From: an uncultured delta proteobacterium
Lineage (GTDB): Bacteria; Myxococcota_A; Polyangia; Polyangiales; Polyangiaceae
DNA: 64,000 nt
Reading direction: 5' to 3'
Assembly (NCBI GenBank): GCA_963782055.1
Contig: CAWAIF010000003.1
Location: 2,112,001-2,176,000 of the forward strand
Each line of letters starts with the position of its first letter. Position 1 is the stretch's first letter. Under the pieces are notes generated by a model. The model had not been told where the DNA came from. It made no database searches and saw only the letters and a program-made list of their open reading frames with translations. Position numbers and translations under genes: made by a program. Positions 33,330-42,833 of this stretch are shown here, piece after piece.

Positions 33330-34925
33330 ATGGCTTCGCCTGGTTCGCGCGTCTTGCGCGCGCTGGCGCTCGTCGCTCTGGCGACCGTCTGCGCCTGTTC
33401 CGTCATCGTCTCCGGCGCGGAGGAGCAGTGCCACACCGACGCGGACTGCGCCGCGCGCGGGTTCCCCGCCACCACGACCTGCAGCCCCGACAGCGTGTGC
33501 GTCGCGCCGGGCGGGTCGTGCACGACCAACGCCGAATGCATCGCGCAGGCGGGCAACCAGCCGGCGATCTGCCGCAAGTCGGACCACACCTGCGCGCCCC
33601 TCCTCTCGGAGGATTGCCCGAAGGTCTACGGCGACCCCTCCGACGACAACGCCATCGTCCTCGGCAGCATCTTCACCCTCAAGGGGGTGAACACCTCCTC
33701 CGGCGTGGCGCGCACCAACAGCGTGGAGCTCGCGGCGAGCGAGTTCCAGCAGACGGTCGTCGGGGTGCCCGGCGGCGCCGGCGACAAACCGCGCCCCCTC
33801 GTCTTCGTCGAGTGTGACGACTCCTCCGACAACACCGTCGCCACGCGCGCGGCCAACCACCTCGTCGACGTGGGCGTGCCCGCCGTCATCGGGCCCGGGG
33901 GCAGCGGCATCGTGACGGCGGTCGCGCAGGACGCCACCATCCCCGCCGGGATGTTCCTCATCTCGCCCTCCGCCACCAGCACCTCGCTCAGCGCCTTCAA
34001 CGATCTGGTCTGGCGGACGGCGCCGTCGGACGTGGTGCAGGCCATCGCCCTGCGCGATCAGGTGAGCGCGCTGGAGACCAAGTTCAAGGCGGACAACGCC
34101 GTCAAGGCGGTGAAGCTGGACGTCGTCTACCAGAACAACGCGTACGGCACCGGGCTGCTCGACGCCGTGAGCAAGGGCCTCACGATCAACGGCCTGCCGC
34201 TGACCGACCCCGGCAACGCCGGCTTCTTCAACCCCTACTCCTACGACGCGACGGCGCTCGACCCCAGCGCCGCGGCGGGCAACGTGCTGACAGACACGCC
34301 CAGCATCATCGTGCTGTTCGGTACCTCGGAGATCATCACCAAGCTGCTGACGCCGGTCGAGCAGAACTGGCCGGCGCAGACGCCGCGGCCGCTCTACCTC
34401 ATCGCCGACGCGGGGCGGAAGCAGGAGCTGCTCGACGCCGTCAACGGCAACGACGCCCTGCGCGCGCGCGTGCGCGGCACGGTGCCCGGCACCAGCAACC
34501 CGCTCTTCAGCGCCTTCAGCCTGCGCTACCAGGGCCAGTTCGGCTCCACCGCCGCCGTCTTCGGCATGGCGGGCGCCTACGACTCGGTCTACCTCCTCGC
34601 CTACGCCATCACCTCGCTCGGCACCGCACCGGTGACGGGCGCGGCCATCGCCGGCGCCATGTCCAAGATGGTGGGCGGCGCCAAGACCGACGTCGGGCCC
34701 GCCGGCATCAAGGACGCGCTCCAGGTCCTGCAGAGCGGCAACGCGATCGACATCAACGGGGCCTCCGGGCCGCTGGACTTCGACCTCTCGGCGCACGAGG
34801 CCGTCAGCGACATCGACGTGTGGTGCATCTCCAAGGATGGAACGGGCAGCCCGGTGTTTGCTTCGTCGGGGCGGTTCTATGATTCGAGCGGGCAGGTGAT
34901 GTCGGGGAGCTTCACCTGCCCCTGA
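33330..34925 (+). CDS. Leu/Ile/Val-type substrate-binding lipoprotein with N-terminal Cys repeats, copy 2
   Basis: Colinear tandem paralog of 31703..33301 (e.g. [33 protein letters not shown]). Confidence 0.85.
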   Translation: MASPGSRVLRALALVALATVCACSVIVSGAEEQCHTDADCAARGFPATTTCSPDSVCVAPGGSCTTNAECIAQAGNQPAICRKSDHTCAPLLSEDCPKVYGDPSDDNAIVLGSIFTLKGVNTSSGVARTNSVELAASEFQQTVVGVPGGAGDKPRPLVFVECDDSSDNTVATRAANHLVDVGVPAVIGPGGSGIVTAVAQDATIPAGMFLISPSATSTSLSAFNDLVWRTAPSDVVQAIALRDQVSALETKFKADNAVKAVKLDVVYQNNAYGTGLLDAVSKGLTINGLPLTDPGNAGFFNPYSYDATALDPSAAAGNVLTDTPSIIVLFGTSEIITKLLTPVEQNWPAQTPRPLYLIADAGRKQELLDAVNGNDALRARVRGTVPGTSNPLFSAFSLRYQGQFGSTAAVFGMAGAYDSVYLLAYAITSLGTAPVTGAAIAGAMSKMVGGAKTDVGPAGIKDALQVLQSGNAIDINGASGPLDFDLSAHEAVSDIDVWCISKDGTGSPVFASSGRFYDSSGQVMSGSFTCP

Positions 34926-34957
34926 AGAGGGGGAGTGACGAGCCTGGCCGGTGAGGG

Positions 34958-35527
34958 TCACAGGCAGAGGGCGTCGTGGGTGCCCGGGGCCGTGCACGCG
35001 GGGGCAACGAAGGTGCCGCTGACGGTGTCCAGCTCGTTGCTCTTGGCGAACGTCAAGGTGAAGGAGCCCTCGATGGACGTCGCGCTCACCCGGGCGATGG
35101 TGACCGTCCCCTGCTCGGCGAGCTCGTAGTAGTCGAGGGGATGGCAGCCGTCGACAATCTCCATGGCGCCGGAGATGCCGGCGGTCTGGGCATCGAAGGT
35201 GCCGACGGTGGGGACCGTGGCGAAGCGGAGGATGACCTGCTTGCTGTCCTTCGGGACGGTGCCGGGATAGCCGAGGTCGCAGAGGCCGGTGTGATCGCTG
35301 ATGACGAGCCAGCCGCCGTTGCCGTAGCCGGGAAACCAGCCCGCCTCCTGCGCATCGACCGCGACGCCGTCGAAGAAGGTGCCGGTGACGGAGGTCGAGG
35401 GGGTCTCGGTGACGTCGGCGGTCCCGGCGTCCGGCTGCGCGGTCTGCCCCGGCTGCGCGATGCCGCCGCAGGCCTGCAGCAGGACCACACCCGTTGCGGC
35501 GAAGAGGACGTGAGCGGATCTCGACAT
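34958..35527 (-). CDS. Hypothetical lipoprotein
   Basis: Lipobox LQAC; beta-rich GTVTI...IEGSFTLTF...VSGTFVAPAC. Confidence 0.62.
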   Translation of the reverse strand: MSRSAHVLFAATGVVLLQACGGIAQPGQTAQPDAGTADVTETPSTSVTGTFFDGVAVDAQEAGWFPGYGNGGWLVISDHTGLCDLGYPGTVPKDSKQVILRFATVPTVGTFDAQTAGISGAMEIVDGCHPLDYYELAEQGTVTIARVSATSIEGSFTLTFAKSNELDTVSGTFVAPACTAPGTHDALCL

Positions 35528-35676
35528 GGCGCCGGCCACAGCAATTGTCGGGCCATGCCACGAGCTGCGTACTGTCGCGATCCGTGGCGCGTGACCCCCT
35601 GATCGGGCGATCCTGCTGCCGAGGCCGCATCGCCGGGGCAGGAAACCTTCGGGCGCGGCGTATGTCGATCCCGGGT

Positions 35677-36171
35677 ATGCGCGCTCTGCTTCTCGCACCC
35701 GTCGTCGTGGTGGCCGCCGCGTGTCACTCCCGGCCGGAGATGGCTGCCGTCGACGCCGCGCCGCGCGCGCCGGCGTCGGCGTCCGTCGCGGCCGCCTCGA
35801 GCGCGACGCCGGATGCCGCGGCGGCCGCGCCGGCCGGCGACGCGGCGACCTCCGACGCGACGGTTGTGTCGACCGGCACCTGCTCCCTCTCCAGAGAGGA
35901 GCGCGCCGCGCTGGAGGGCTGTCTCTGGGACCTCGTCAAGTACCGGGTCGGCATCCGCGGATCGTTCCGCATCCACGTGAAGATGACGCGGGATGCGGGC
36001 GGCGCGGCGCGGGCGTCGTCGCGGGTCGATCAGGAGCGGTGGCGCGAGGCGCCCGCGGGGACGTGCCTCGCCGACCTGGCGAGGTCGTTCGACGTGGATG
36101 CGGGGAAGGGGCTGCCGTGCGCCTGGGTGGGGACGGGCCCTTATCCGGTGTGGAAGGTGTCGGACGAGTAG
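35677..36171 (+). CDS. Hypothetical lipoprotein
   Basis: VAAAC lipobox, Ala-rich linker, Cys-containing C-terminal domain. Confidence 0.5.
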   Translation: MRALLLAPVVVVAAACHSRPEMAAVDAAPRAPASASVAAASSATPDAAAAAPAGDAATSDATVVSTGTCSLSREERAALEGCLWDLVKYRVGIRGSFRIHVKMTRDAGGAARASSRVDQERWREAPAGTCLADLARSFDVDAGKGLPCAWVGTGPYPVWKVSDE

Positions 36172-36201
36172 GAGAGGGCAGGCAGACGCGAGGGCGCGCG
36201 C

Positions 36202-37149
36202 TCAGAACTTGCCGGTCACCCAGGCGCCGGCGGGGCCCACCACCAGCTTCGCCGAGGCCGCCGGCGGGGGCGGGGTCTTGTCGTCGGCCTGGGGCTTGGC
36301 CGTGAGCGTCAAGACGAGCGAGACGCCGGCCGCGACCGCGGTGCAGCCCCACAGCACGTCGGAGATCGCCGCGACCACCTTCGGCGGGTTGCCCTCGTCC
36401 GGGGCGTGCACGCTGCTGGCGTAGTCGCCGGCCATCGCCAGGGCGACGCCACCCATCACGCCCGCGGCGACGCCCAGACCGCCGGTGATGCCCCACGCCA
36501 CCCAGGGGATGCGCCGGTGGGTGACGGGCGGCGGCGGTGTGACCGGAACAATCGCCTTCTTCAGGTCGGGGAGGTTGAAGTCCACCGTCGTGGTGTCGCC
36601 GCCGGCGACCTCGACCACCTTCTCCTCCGGCGTGCGGCCGGTCATCGAGATGGAGATCTTGCGGCGGCCCTGGCTCACCGTCAGCGGCTTGTCCAGCGGC
36701 GACGTGCCGACCTTCTCGTCGTCCACCAGGATGTCGGCGCCGTCGACGTTGACGTGGACGGTCACCTGCGCGACGCGCCCCTCGAGCTTCTTGATCTCCT
36801 TGTCGCAGTACTTGCGGCGGTCCTTGGCGATGTTGTTGCCGCCCTCGTCCAGGTACTGGCGGAAGGAGTCCAGGGCGCCGGCGTAGTCCTGCACCTGATA
36901 GTACGCCTGCGCCACGTTGAAGAGCACGTGGTAGTCGGTGGAGATCTCGTAGGCGCGCTTGAACTCGATGAGGGCGTTGGCGAAGTCGTTCTCGTCGTAG
37001 AGCTCCACGGCCTTGGAGAAGTGGGGCATCGCCTCCTCGATCTGCTGCTTGGTGGGGGGCGCGGCGTGGGCGGTGCCGGGGAGGAGCGCCAGCGAGCCGG
37101 CGATGGCGGCGGCGCAGAGGGCGGGGGCGAGGAGGCGGGACGCGGACAT
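36202..37149 (-). CDS. TPR + PEGA domain protein
   Basis: Signal peptide ending AHA; TPR (ALIEFKRAYEI..LFNVAQAY); PEGA (GADILVDDEKVGTSPL); C-terminal hydrophobic segments ending VTGKF. Confidence 0.85.
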   Translation of the reverse strand: MSASRLLAPALCAAAIAGSLALLPGTAHAAPPTKQQIEEAMPHFSKAVELYDENDFANALIEFKRAYEISTDYHVLFNVAQAYYQVQDYAGALDSFRQYLDEGGNNIAKDRRKYCDKEIKKLEGRVAQVTVHVNVDGADILVDDEKVGTSPLDKPLTVSQGRRKISISMTGRTPEEKVVEVAGGDTTTVDFNLPDLKKAIVPVTPPPPVTHRRIPWVAWGITGGLGVAAGVMGGVALAMAGDYASSVHAPDEGNPPKVVAAISDVLWGCTAVAAGVSLVLTLTAKPQADDKTPPPPAASAKLVVGPAGAWVTGKF

Positions 37150-37370
37150 CTGGGGGACAGGATAGGACGGAATGGGGGCGAGGGGGGACCCCTCCTGGCT
37201 TTTGCCCGGGCCCCTGCTCGCGGGGGCCTTCATCTCGACCGACGAGGCGGGCAACGTGACGTGGACGATCGTGCAGCAGGTGTCGGGCGCGCGGCGACTG
37301 AAATAGTCCGCCGACGCGCGATCTTCGCCGGCGATCCAAGCTCGTGCTCGCGCCTGCGTCCCATCCGGAG

Positions 37371-37607
37371 ATGCGACTCGACACGATCGACGACTGCGCG
37401 CGAGATGCCCGCTGGCGAGTGCGACGCGTGGTGTGGTTCTTCCAGGCGCTGACCGTCGTCGCGCTCCTCGCCGGCGTCTGGGTCGACGCGCAGCCCCGGC
37501 GACCGCGCCTGGATTGCCACACCTTCGTCGGTCAGACCTACTCGCACTACCCACACCCGTACGGCCTGCCGCCACCGGTCTCGTGGACGAGGTGCGTCTG
37601 GCGCTGA
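37371..37607 (+). CDS. Small hypothetical membrane protein
   Basis: One hydrophobic segment; GGAG directly before ATG; fills an intergenic gap. Confidence 0.3.
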   Translation: MRLDTIDDCARDARWRVRRVVWFFQALTVVALLAGVWVDAQPRRPRLDCHTFVGQTYSHYPHPYGLPPPVSWTRCVWR

Positions 37608-37730
37608 GAAGCTCCGGCCGAGCCCTTCAACGACAGCGACGAGGCCGGATCGGCCGAGTCATCTCCCGCGCGTCCCGCTCGTCAGGAGGGTCCTGCCCCC
37701 CTCTTCGGCCCCTCTGCACCCCGCGGAGGG

Positions 37731-37940
37731 TCACCGCTTCCCGTTCACCTGCTGGCACCTGTCCATGCACTCGATGTTGTCCACGCAGGCGGTCGCGCAG
37801 TCGTTGTACTTCCCCTTCTTGTTCTGGCACTTCGGGTCCCGCTCGCACTTCTGCGGATCGTTGGCGGCGGCGGTCTCCACCGCACCGCAGCCCATCACGG
37901 CGAGACACGCTGCGGCGACCACTGCGCGAAAGGGGATCAT
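37731..37940 (-). CDS. Small Cys-rich lipoprotein
   Basis: VMGC lipobox and six further Cys in about 45 aa. Confidence 0.68.
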   Translation of the reverse strand: MIPFRAVVAAACLAVMGCGAVETAAANDPQKCERDPKCQNKKGKYNDCATACVDNIECMDRCQQVNGKR

Positions 37941-38034
37941 CTCAGCCACATTGTCGGCACCCGCTCGGGCGCCCGCAAGCCCTCACGTGCAACGCGCGTC
38001 CAGCGCACGCGGTGCACGCCTGGCGCAAGGGGCG

Positions 38035-39412
38035 TCATCCCGCCAACGCCGGCACCCGCCCGCCGCGCGTCAGCCAGACGAAGCGCCCGGCCAGGAGGAG
38101 CGCGATGGACACCAGGCCCGCCGTGAGGCCCCACCAGATGCCGACGGCGCCCCACCCCAGGCCGAAGGCGAGGCCGAGGCACACCGGCAGGCCGATCAGC
38201 CAGTAACAGCAGACGCCGGCGAGGAAGGTGAAGCGCACGTCGTTTGCCCCGCGCAGCGCGCCGGCGGCGACGCCCTGCACGCCGTCGAAGAGCTGGAAGA
38301 GGGCGGCGATGCGCAGCAGCTTCGCGCCCAGGGCGATGACCGCCTCGTCGTGGGTGAAGAGGCCGACGAGCTGCCTGGGGATCGTGGCGAAGGCGACGGC
38401 GCCGACGCACATGACGGCGGCGCCCATGCCGATGCCGAGCAGGCCGGAGGGGCGCGGCGAGGCGCCCTCGCCGACCGCCCGGCCCACGCGCACCGCCGTC
38501 GCCCCGCTCACGCCGAGCGCCCCCATGAAGGTGACGCTCGCCAGTCCGAGGGCGATCTCGGTGCGCGGCCACCACCGTGGGCCCGAGCCGGCCGGTGAGG
38601 AGCGTCGCCAGGGCGAAGACCCCGATCTCGGCGAGCATGTGCATGCCCACCGGCGCTCCGATGGCGAGCACGGTGCGCAGGTGCACGCGCGGGCCACGCT
38701 CAGCGGGCGCCACGGACCGCGCGGCGGAGAGGACGATGGCGGTGAGCACCACACCCCCCACGCTGGACGCCAGCCCCGCGCCGAACGCCCCCAGGTGCGG
38801 GAGGCCCAGGCGGGGCAGGTGCACGGCGGCCAGGGCGTCGTCCCCGCGCACGAGCACGTTGCACACCGCCACGTTGACCGCGTTGGCCAGGCCGGCCGCC
38901 ACGATCGCCGGGCGCGTGAGGCTGTGCGCCTGCAGGAAGGTCTTGCCCGCGAGGAAGACGCCGAAGAAGAAGAGGCCAGGCGCTTGACCCATCAAGTAAA
39001 GCTGCGCCTTGTGCGCGGTGTCCGCGGGCGTGCCCATGGGCACCAGCAGCAGGGTGAGCCCGTAGGCGGCGGCGACCGACGGCGCCCACAGCAGCGCGAG
39101 GGTCTTCAGCGTGGCGCCCAGCGCCGACCACGCGCGACCGGGCGCGCGCGCGCCGAGCGCCTGCGCGGCGAGGGGCTCGAGCGCCATCGCCATCCCGATG
39201 GAGAAGGTCTGCGCGGCGAAGGCCACGTTGCGCCCGAGCGCGGCGCCAGCCAGCTCCTGACCGGAGCTGCGCCCGAGGATGGCTGTGTCCACCAGGCTCA
39301 TGAGGACGAGTCCGACCTGGGCGATGGCGATGGGCCAGGCCAGGGTGGCGAGCGCCCGGAGCTCCGTCCCGGTGCCCGCGGAGGCGGGGAGGGGGGAGGT
39401 CACGGCCGTCAT
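38035..39412 (-). pseudogene. MATE family efflux transporter, frameshifted near 38559
   Basis: N-half (LAWPI, VDTAILGR) and C-half (QLFDGVQGVAAGALRG, GIWWGL) lie in different frames. The junction reads CAC-CGAG-ATC; deleting one base restores AAHQIAL. Confidence 0.85.
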
Positions 39413-39638
39413 GGGAGCGGAGACGGCCGCCACCGCGCTCTCCTGACGCACCGCGCCTACCCCCGCCCGCCCCGCCCACGCGCCACGCGTCTCATGGCTA
39501 GCATGCGTGCAATGCGACGTTTGGCAGGGAAATCCTGGAGGGGGGGCATGTCGGAGGGGCTCCTACCGTTTGTTCGGTAAGCAGTGGCTTTATGGTGAAT
39601 GTGGAACATTTTGTCTTCATCAAACGTCAGAGAAGTCG

Positions 39639-39845
39639 ATGAGTGCGCTTCCCTTGACCCGCCGCACCCCGAAGCCCCCCGTGCCGCATCCCGACACCGT
39701 GGACTACGAGGGTATCGAAGAGCTGGACCGTCCCGAGCTGGACAGCATCCCCCCTCCGCCGATCCTTCCTGGCCTGGAGTGGGATGAAGCCGACGGCGAG
39801 AGCGGCGTCAAGCGGGTGCGCCCTCGCCAGAGCTCCACCGGCTGA
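39639..39845 (+). CDS. Small hypothetical protein (acidic, Pro-rich)
   Basis: 68-aa ORF with GC3-biased codons after an AT-richer intergenic region; SIPPPP and ESGV motifs. Confidence 0.5.
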   Translation: MSALPLTRRTPKPPVPHPDTVDYEGIEELDRPELDSIPPPPILPGLEWDEADGESGVKRVRPRQSSTG

Positions 39846-39863
39846 GGCCGGCGCGGGGCGCCC

Positions 39864-41567
39864 TCACTTCGCGGGGGGCGGAGGCGTGGTCTTGGCGATG
39901 GGGGGCCGCTCCCGCAGGCACTTGTCGAGGGCCGGCTGGAGCTTGGCGAAGCCGCGTGGCGCGCGCGGGCGACCCATGACGGGCACCCCGAAGCGCGACC
40001 AGTCCAGACCGCTGGGGGTGTAGCTGAGCCAGACGAACAGGGCGCGCCCCTTCATGTTGGCGAAGGGCACGCCGCCGCCCTGACCGCCCCACCACAGGCG
40101 CGAGTCGCGGCTGTTGTTGCGGTTGTCCCCCATCACGTACACCTCCCCCGGCTTGACGAAGAAGGGGCCCTGGTACTCGGCGAACACGCCGTTGATGCGG
40201 TCGTAGAAGGTCAGGTACGACTCGTCGCCGAGGTACTCGACGTACAGATCGCCCTCGTGGTGGGTGCCCGCCGGCTCGGTCGGCGGGTCGTCGTAGGCGT
40301 ACGGCCCGACGAGACACGAAGGCACCTCCCAGCCGTTGATGATGGGGTGGCCGCCGCGCGCCTCCAGCTTGTCGCCCGGCAGCGCGATGACGCGCTTGAT
40401 GAAGTCCTGCTCCATGTTCTCCGGGTACTGGAAGACCATCACGTCGCCGCGGTCGGGCGGCATCTTCGTCCAGATGCGCGCGCTGGTGTACGGGATCTCC
40501 GGGCCGTAGCTGAACTTGCTGACGAAGATGTGATCGCCCACCTGCAGGGTGGGGATCATCGAGCCGCTGGGGATCTTGAAGGCCTCCACCACGAAGGTCC
40601 GCAGCAGGAGCGCCACCGCCACGGCCACCAGGATGGACTCGACGTACTCGCGCGCCTCGCTCTTGCGCCAGCGGCCCAGGCGCACGTCCACCTCGCCGTC
40701 GGCGCGGCTCAGCGCGTCGACGAAGGCATCCTCGTCGAAGGGCAGCGCGCGCATCTGGTGGCGGAGCGCGTCCAGCTCGGCGTGGAGCTTGGTGCGCTCG
40801 GAGGAGGTCAGCTCGCGCTGCACGGGCTTCTCGTTGAGGCGCAGGATGAGGTCCGCCTCCTCCAGCAAGGCGACGGCGCGCTCGAAGAGGGGGCGCAGCT
40901 TGTCCGGGATGTCCGGCCGCAGCGGCGGGTAGGCGAAGCGCGCGAGCGGCAGCCGGCGGCGGATGGCGCCGAGGGCCATCTCCATCAGGGCGAAGGCGCC
41001 GATGCCGACGGGCACCGGCTGCTCGCGCACCGCGGACTGGATCCAACCCAGCACCCCGGTGTTCTCCACGCCGCTCGGCGGGGTGAGGCCCCACACCAGC
41101 ACGCACGCGAAGACGAAGGGCGTGATGGCGAACCAGAGCATCCAGTAGGCGACCCGCGCGGCGCGGGTGGCGGGCGTCGTCACCGGCGGCTCGATCTCCA
41201 CATCGCGCCGGCGCCTGCGGGCGCTGCTCCTCGCCGACGGCGCGTCCTTCGCATCCGCGGCGACGTGGCCATCCTCGGCGTCGGCGTCCTGGACAGCGGC
41301 GTCCTTCGAGGTGGCCTCGCCGTCGACAGCGGCGGGGTCCTTCGCGGCGTCGGCGTCCTTGCTGTCGGCGCTCGCCTTGCCGTCCGCGTCCTTGCCGTCG
41401 GCGCTCGCCTTGCCGTCCGCGTCCTTGCCGTCCGCGTCCTTCACGTCCGCGCCCTTCGCGTCCGCGCCGTCCCCGTGGTCGTCCCCTTCGCCCTCGTCAG
41501 GTTTGCTGGCCGCGCGGTCGTCTTCGGCGGCCGCCGCGGCGTCTTGTTTCTCGTCTGACTGGCTCAA
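39864..41567 (-). CDS. lepB: Signal peptidase I with a long N-terminal extension
   Basis: AFKIPSGSMIPTL.GD, DFIKRVIALPGD, MGDNRNNSRDSR.W; TTG start uncertain. Confidence 0.9.
   Translation of the reverse strand: MSQSDEKQDAAAAAEDDRAASKPDEGEGDDHGDGADAKGADVKDADGKDADGKASADGKDADGKASADSKDADAAKDPAAVDGEATSKDAAVQDADAEDGHVAADAKDAPSARSSARRRRRDVEIEPPVTTPATRAARVAYWMLWFAITPFVFACVLVWGLTPPSGVENTGVLGWIQSAVREQPVPVGIGAFALMEMALGAIRRRLPLARFAYPPLRPDIPDKLRPLFERAVALLEEADLILRLNEKPVQRELTSSERTKLHAELDALRHQMRALPFDEDAFVDALSRADGEVDVRLGRWRKSEAREYVESILVAVAVALLLRTFVVEAFKIPSGSMIPTLQVGDHIFVSKFSYGPEIPYTSARIWTKMPPDRGDVMVFQYPENMEQDFIKRVIALPGDKLEARGGHPIINGWEVPSCLVGPYAYDDPPTEPAGTHHEGDLYVEYLGDESYLTFYDRINGVFAEYQGPFFVKPGEVYVMGDNRNNSRDSRLWWGGQGGGVPFANMKGRALFVWLSYTPSGLDWSRFGVPVMGRPRAPRGFAKLQPALDKCLRERPPIAKTTPPPPAK
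41336..41470 (-). repeat. Coding low-complexity repeat (KDADG / KASADG) in the LepB N-terminus
   Basis: Repeated GTCCTTGCCGTCCGC and GCGCTCGCCTTGCCGTC units. Confidence 0.7.
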
Positions 41568-41718
41568 CGTGGATTCCGCAACGAGACACCCGGGCTATAG
41601 CCGCCAGCGTCCCTGGCCGCAACGTTTCCGCGCCGCCGCCGCTCCCGGCGCCGCGCGTTTCTGCCCCGCCGGCCGCCGATGAGCCGCCTCCGACGCCCCA
41701 CGCGCAGCGGAAGGCAAC

Positions 41719-42783
41719 TCACGGGGCGTCGCCGATCTGCACGACGTAGTCGATCGTGATCGCGCGATCGTCGAGCAGGTTGACCGGCGGCGCGACCTGC
41801 CCGGCGGATGGGGTGTTGTCGAAGATCAGGTAGTAGGTGCCCTTCGGCACCGGGAGCGTGCGGGCGTACTGCATTCCGGCGCGCATCACGTCCCCGAACA
41901 TGGGCGCGCCCGCGAGGGGGCCTGCCTGCGGGTAGCCGGTGAAGTAGCCGAGGGACGCCTCGGCCGCGTCCTTGCGCATGAGCAGCAGGTCGGCCATGGG
42001 CAGGCCGTCGAGCATGGCGGTCACGTAGATGGCCTTGCCATCGCCATCCACGACGATGGGGCCCACGAAGTCGCGCTCGTTCTGGTGGACCTCGGTGCGG
42101 GTGTTCTCGTAGGTGATGCGGCTGGAGCCGTGCACGTCGAAGGGGTGGACCGGCCGCTTGCCCAGCTCGATGATGCCCAGGCCGAAGTCGGCGTTACCGT
42201 CCTTGTCGCGGATGACGGTGAAGCCCTCGGCCAGCTTGCCCGCGAGGAGCTGCCTGCCGAAGTTGTCGCCCAGCTGCGTGACCTGGTTGGCCATGCTCGC
42301 CATCGAGCTCTCGATGACGCGCGTGCGGAAGTTGCTCTGCTGGACCTGCTTGGTGCGGAAGTACGCGTACATCGTGCTCCCGTCCATGAGGAAGTCCTGG
42401 TCGTATTCGATGCTCGCGTTCATGTCGAAGGCGAGCTTCTTGGTGACGTTGGTCCACGCATAGCCGGAGCCCGCCATCGACACGAAGAGGTTGCCGTCGG
42501 GGAGCGTGCGCGCCTGGCAGCTCGAGGGGTAGAAGCGACCGATGACCGGCTGGTCCTCCGCCATCTTGAGCGGGGCGTCGTGCTTGAGCAGCTCGGCGCA
42601 GAACTGGTCGATGCCGTAGGAGAGGATCTCCCGGCGCAGCGTCCGGTTGGACGGGTCGTTGATGGGCCCGCTGATGGCGCCGATGCCCGTCTGCCCGCAG
42701 GAGGCGCAGCCGGTGCCGGAGACGCCGAGCACGAGCGCGGCGAGGACGAGCCAGCGAGCGCGGGCCTCGAGCGTGGGGAGCAT
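41719..42783 (-). CDS. Hypothetical lipoprotein
   Basis: Signal peptide with GTGC, 354 aa, GC3-biased codons; no family recognised. Confidence 0.7.
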   Translation of the reverse strand: MLPTLEARARWLVLAALVLGVSGTGCASCGQTGIGAISGPINDPSNRTLRREILSYGIDQFCAELLKHDAPLKMAEDQPVIGRFYPSSCQARTLPDGNLFVSMAGSGYAWTNVTKKLAFDMNASIEYDQDFLMDGSTMYAYFRTKQVQQSNFRTRVIESSMASMANQVTQLGDNFGRQLLAGKLAEGFTVIRDKDGNADFGLGIIELGKRPVHPFDVHGSSRITYENTRTEVHQNERDFVGPIVVDGDGKAIYVTAMLDGLPMADLLLMRKDAAEASLGYFTGYPQAGPLAGAPMFGDVMRAGMQYARTLPVPKGTYYLIFDNTPSAGQVAPPVNLLDDRAITIDYVVQIGDAP

Positions 42784-42833
42784 CCAAGCCGTTCTACCAC
42801 ACGCCGGCGGGTGGACCGGAGTACCCTCGCCGC

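Noticed and set aside
39452..39638. AT-richer intergenic stretch as an ncRNA
   Set aside because: No convincing structure; adequately explained as a divergent promoter region.
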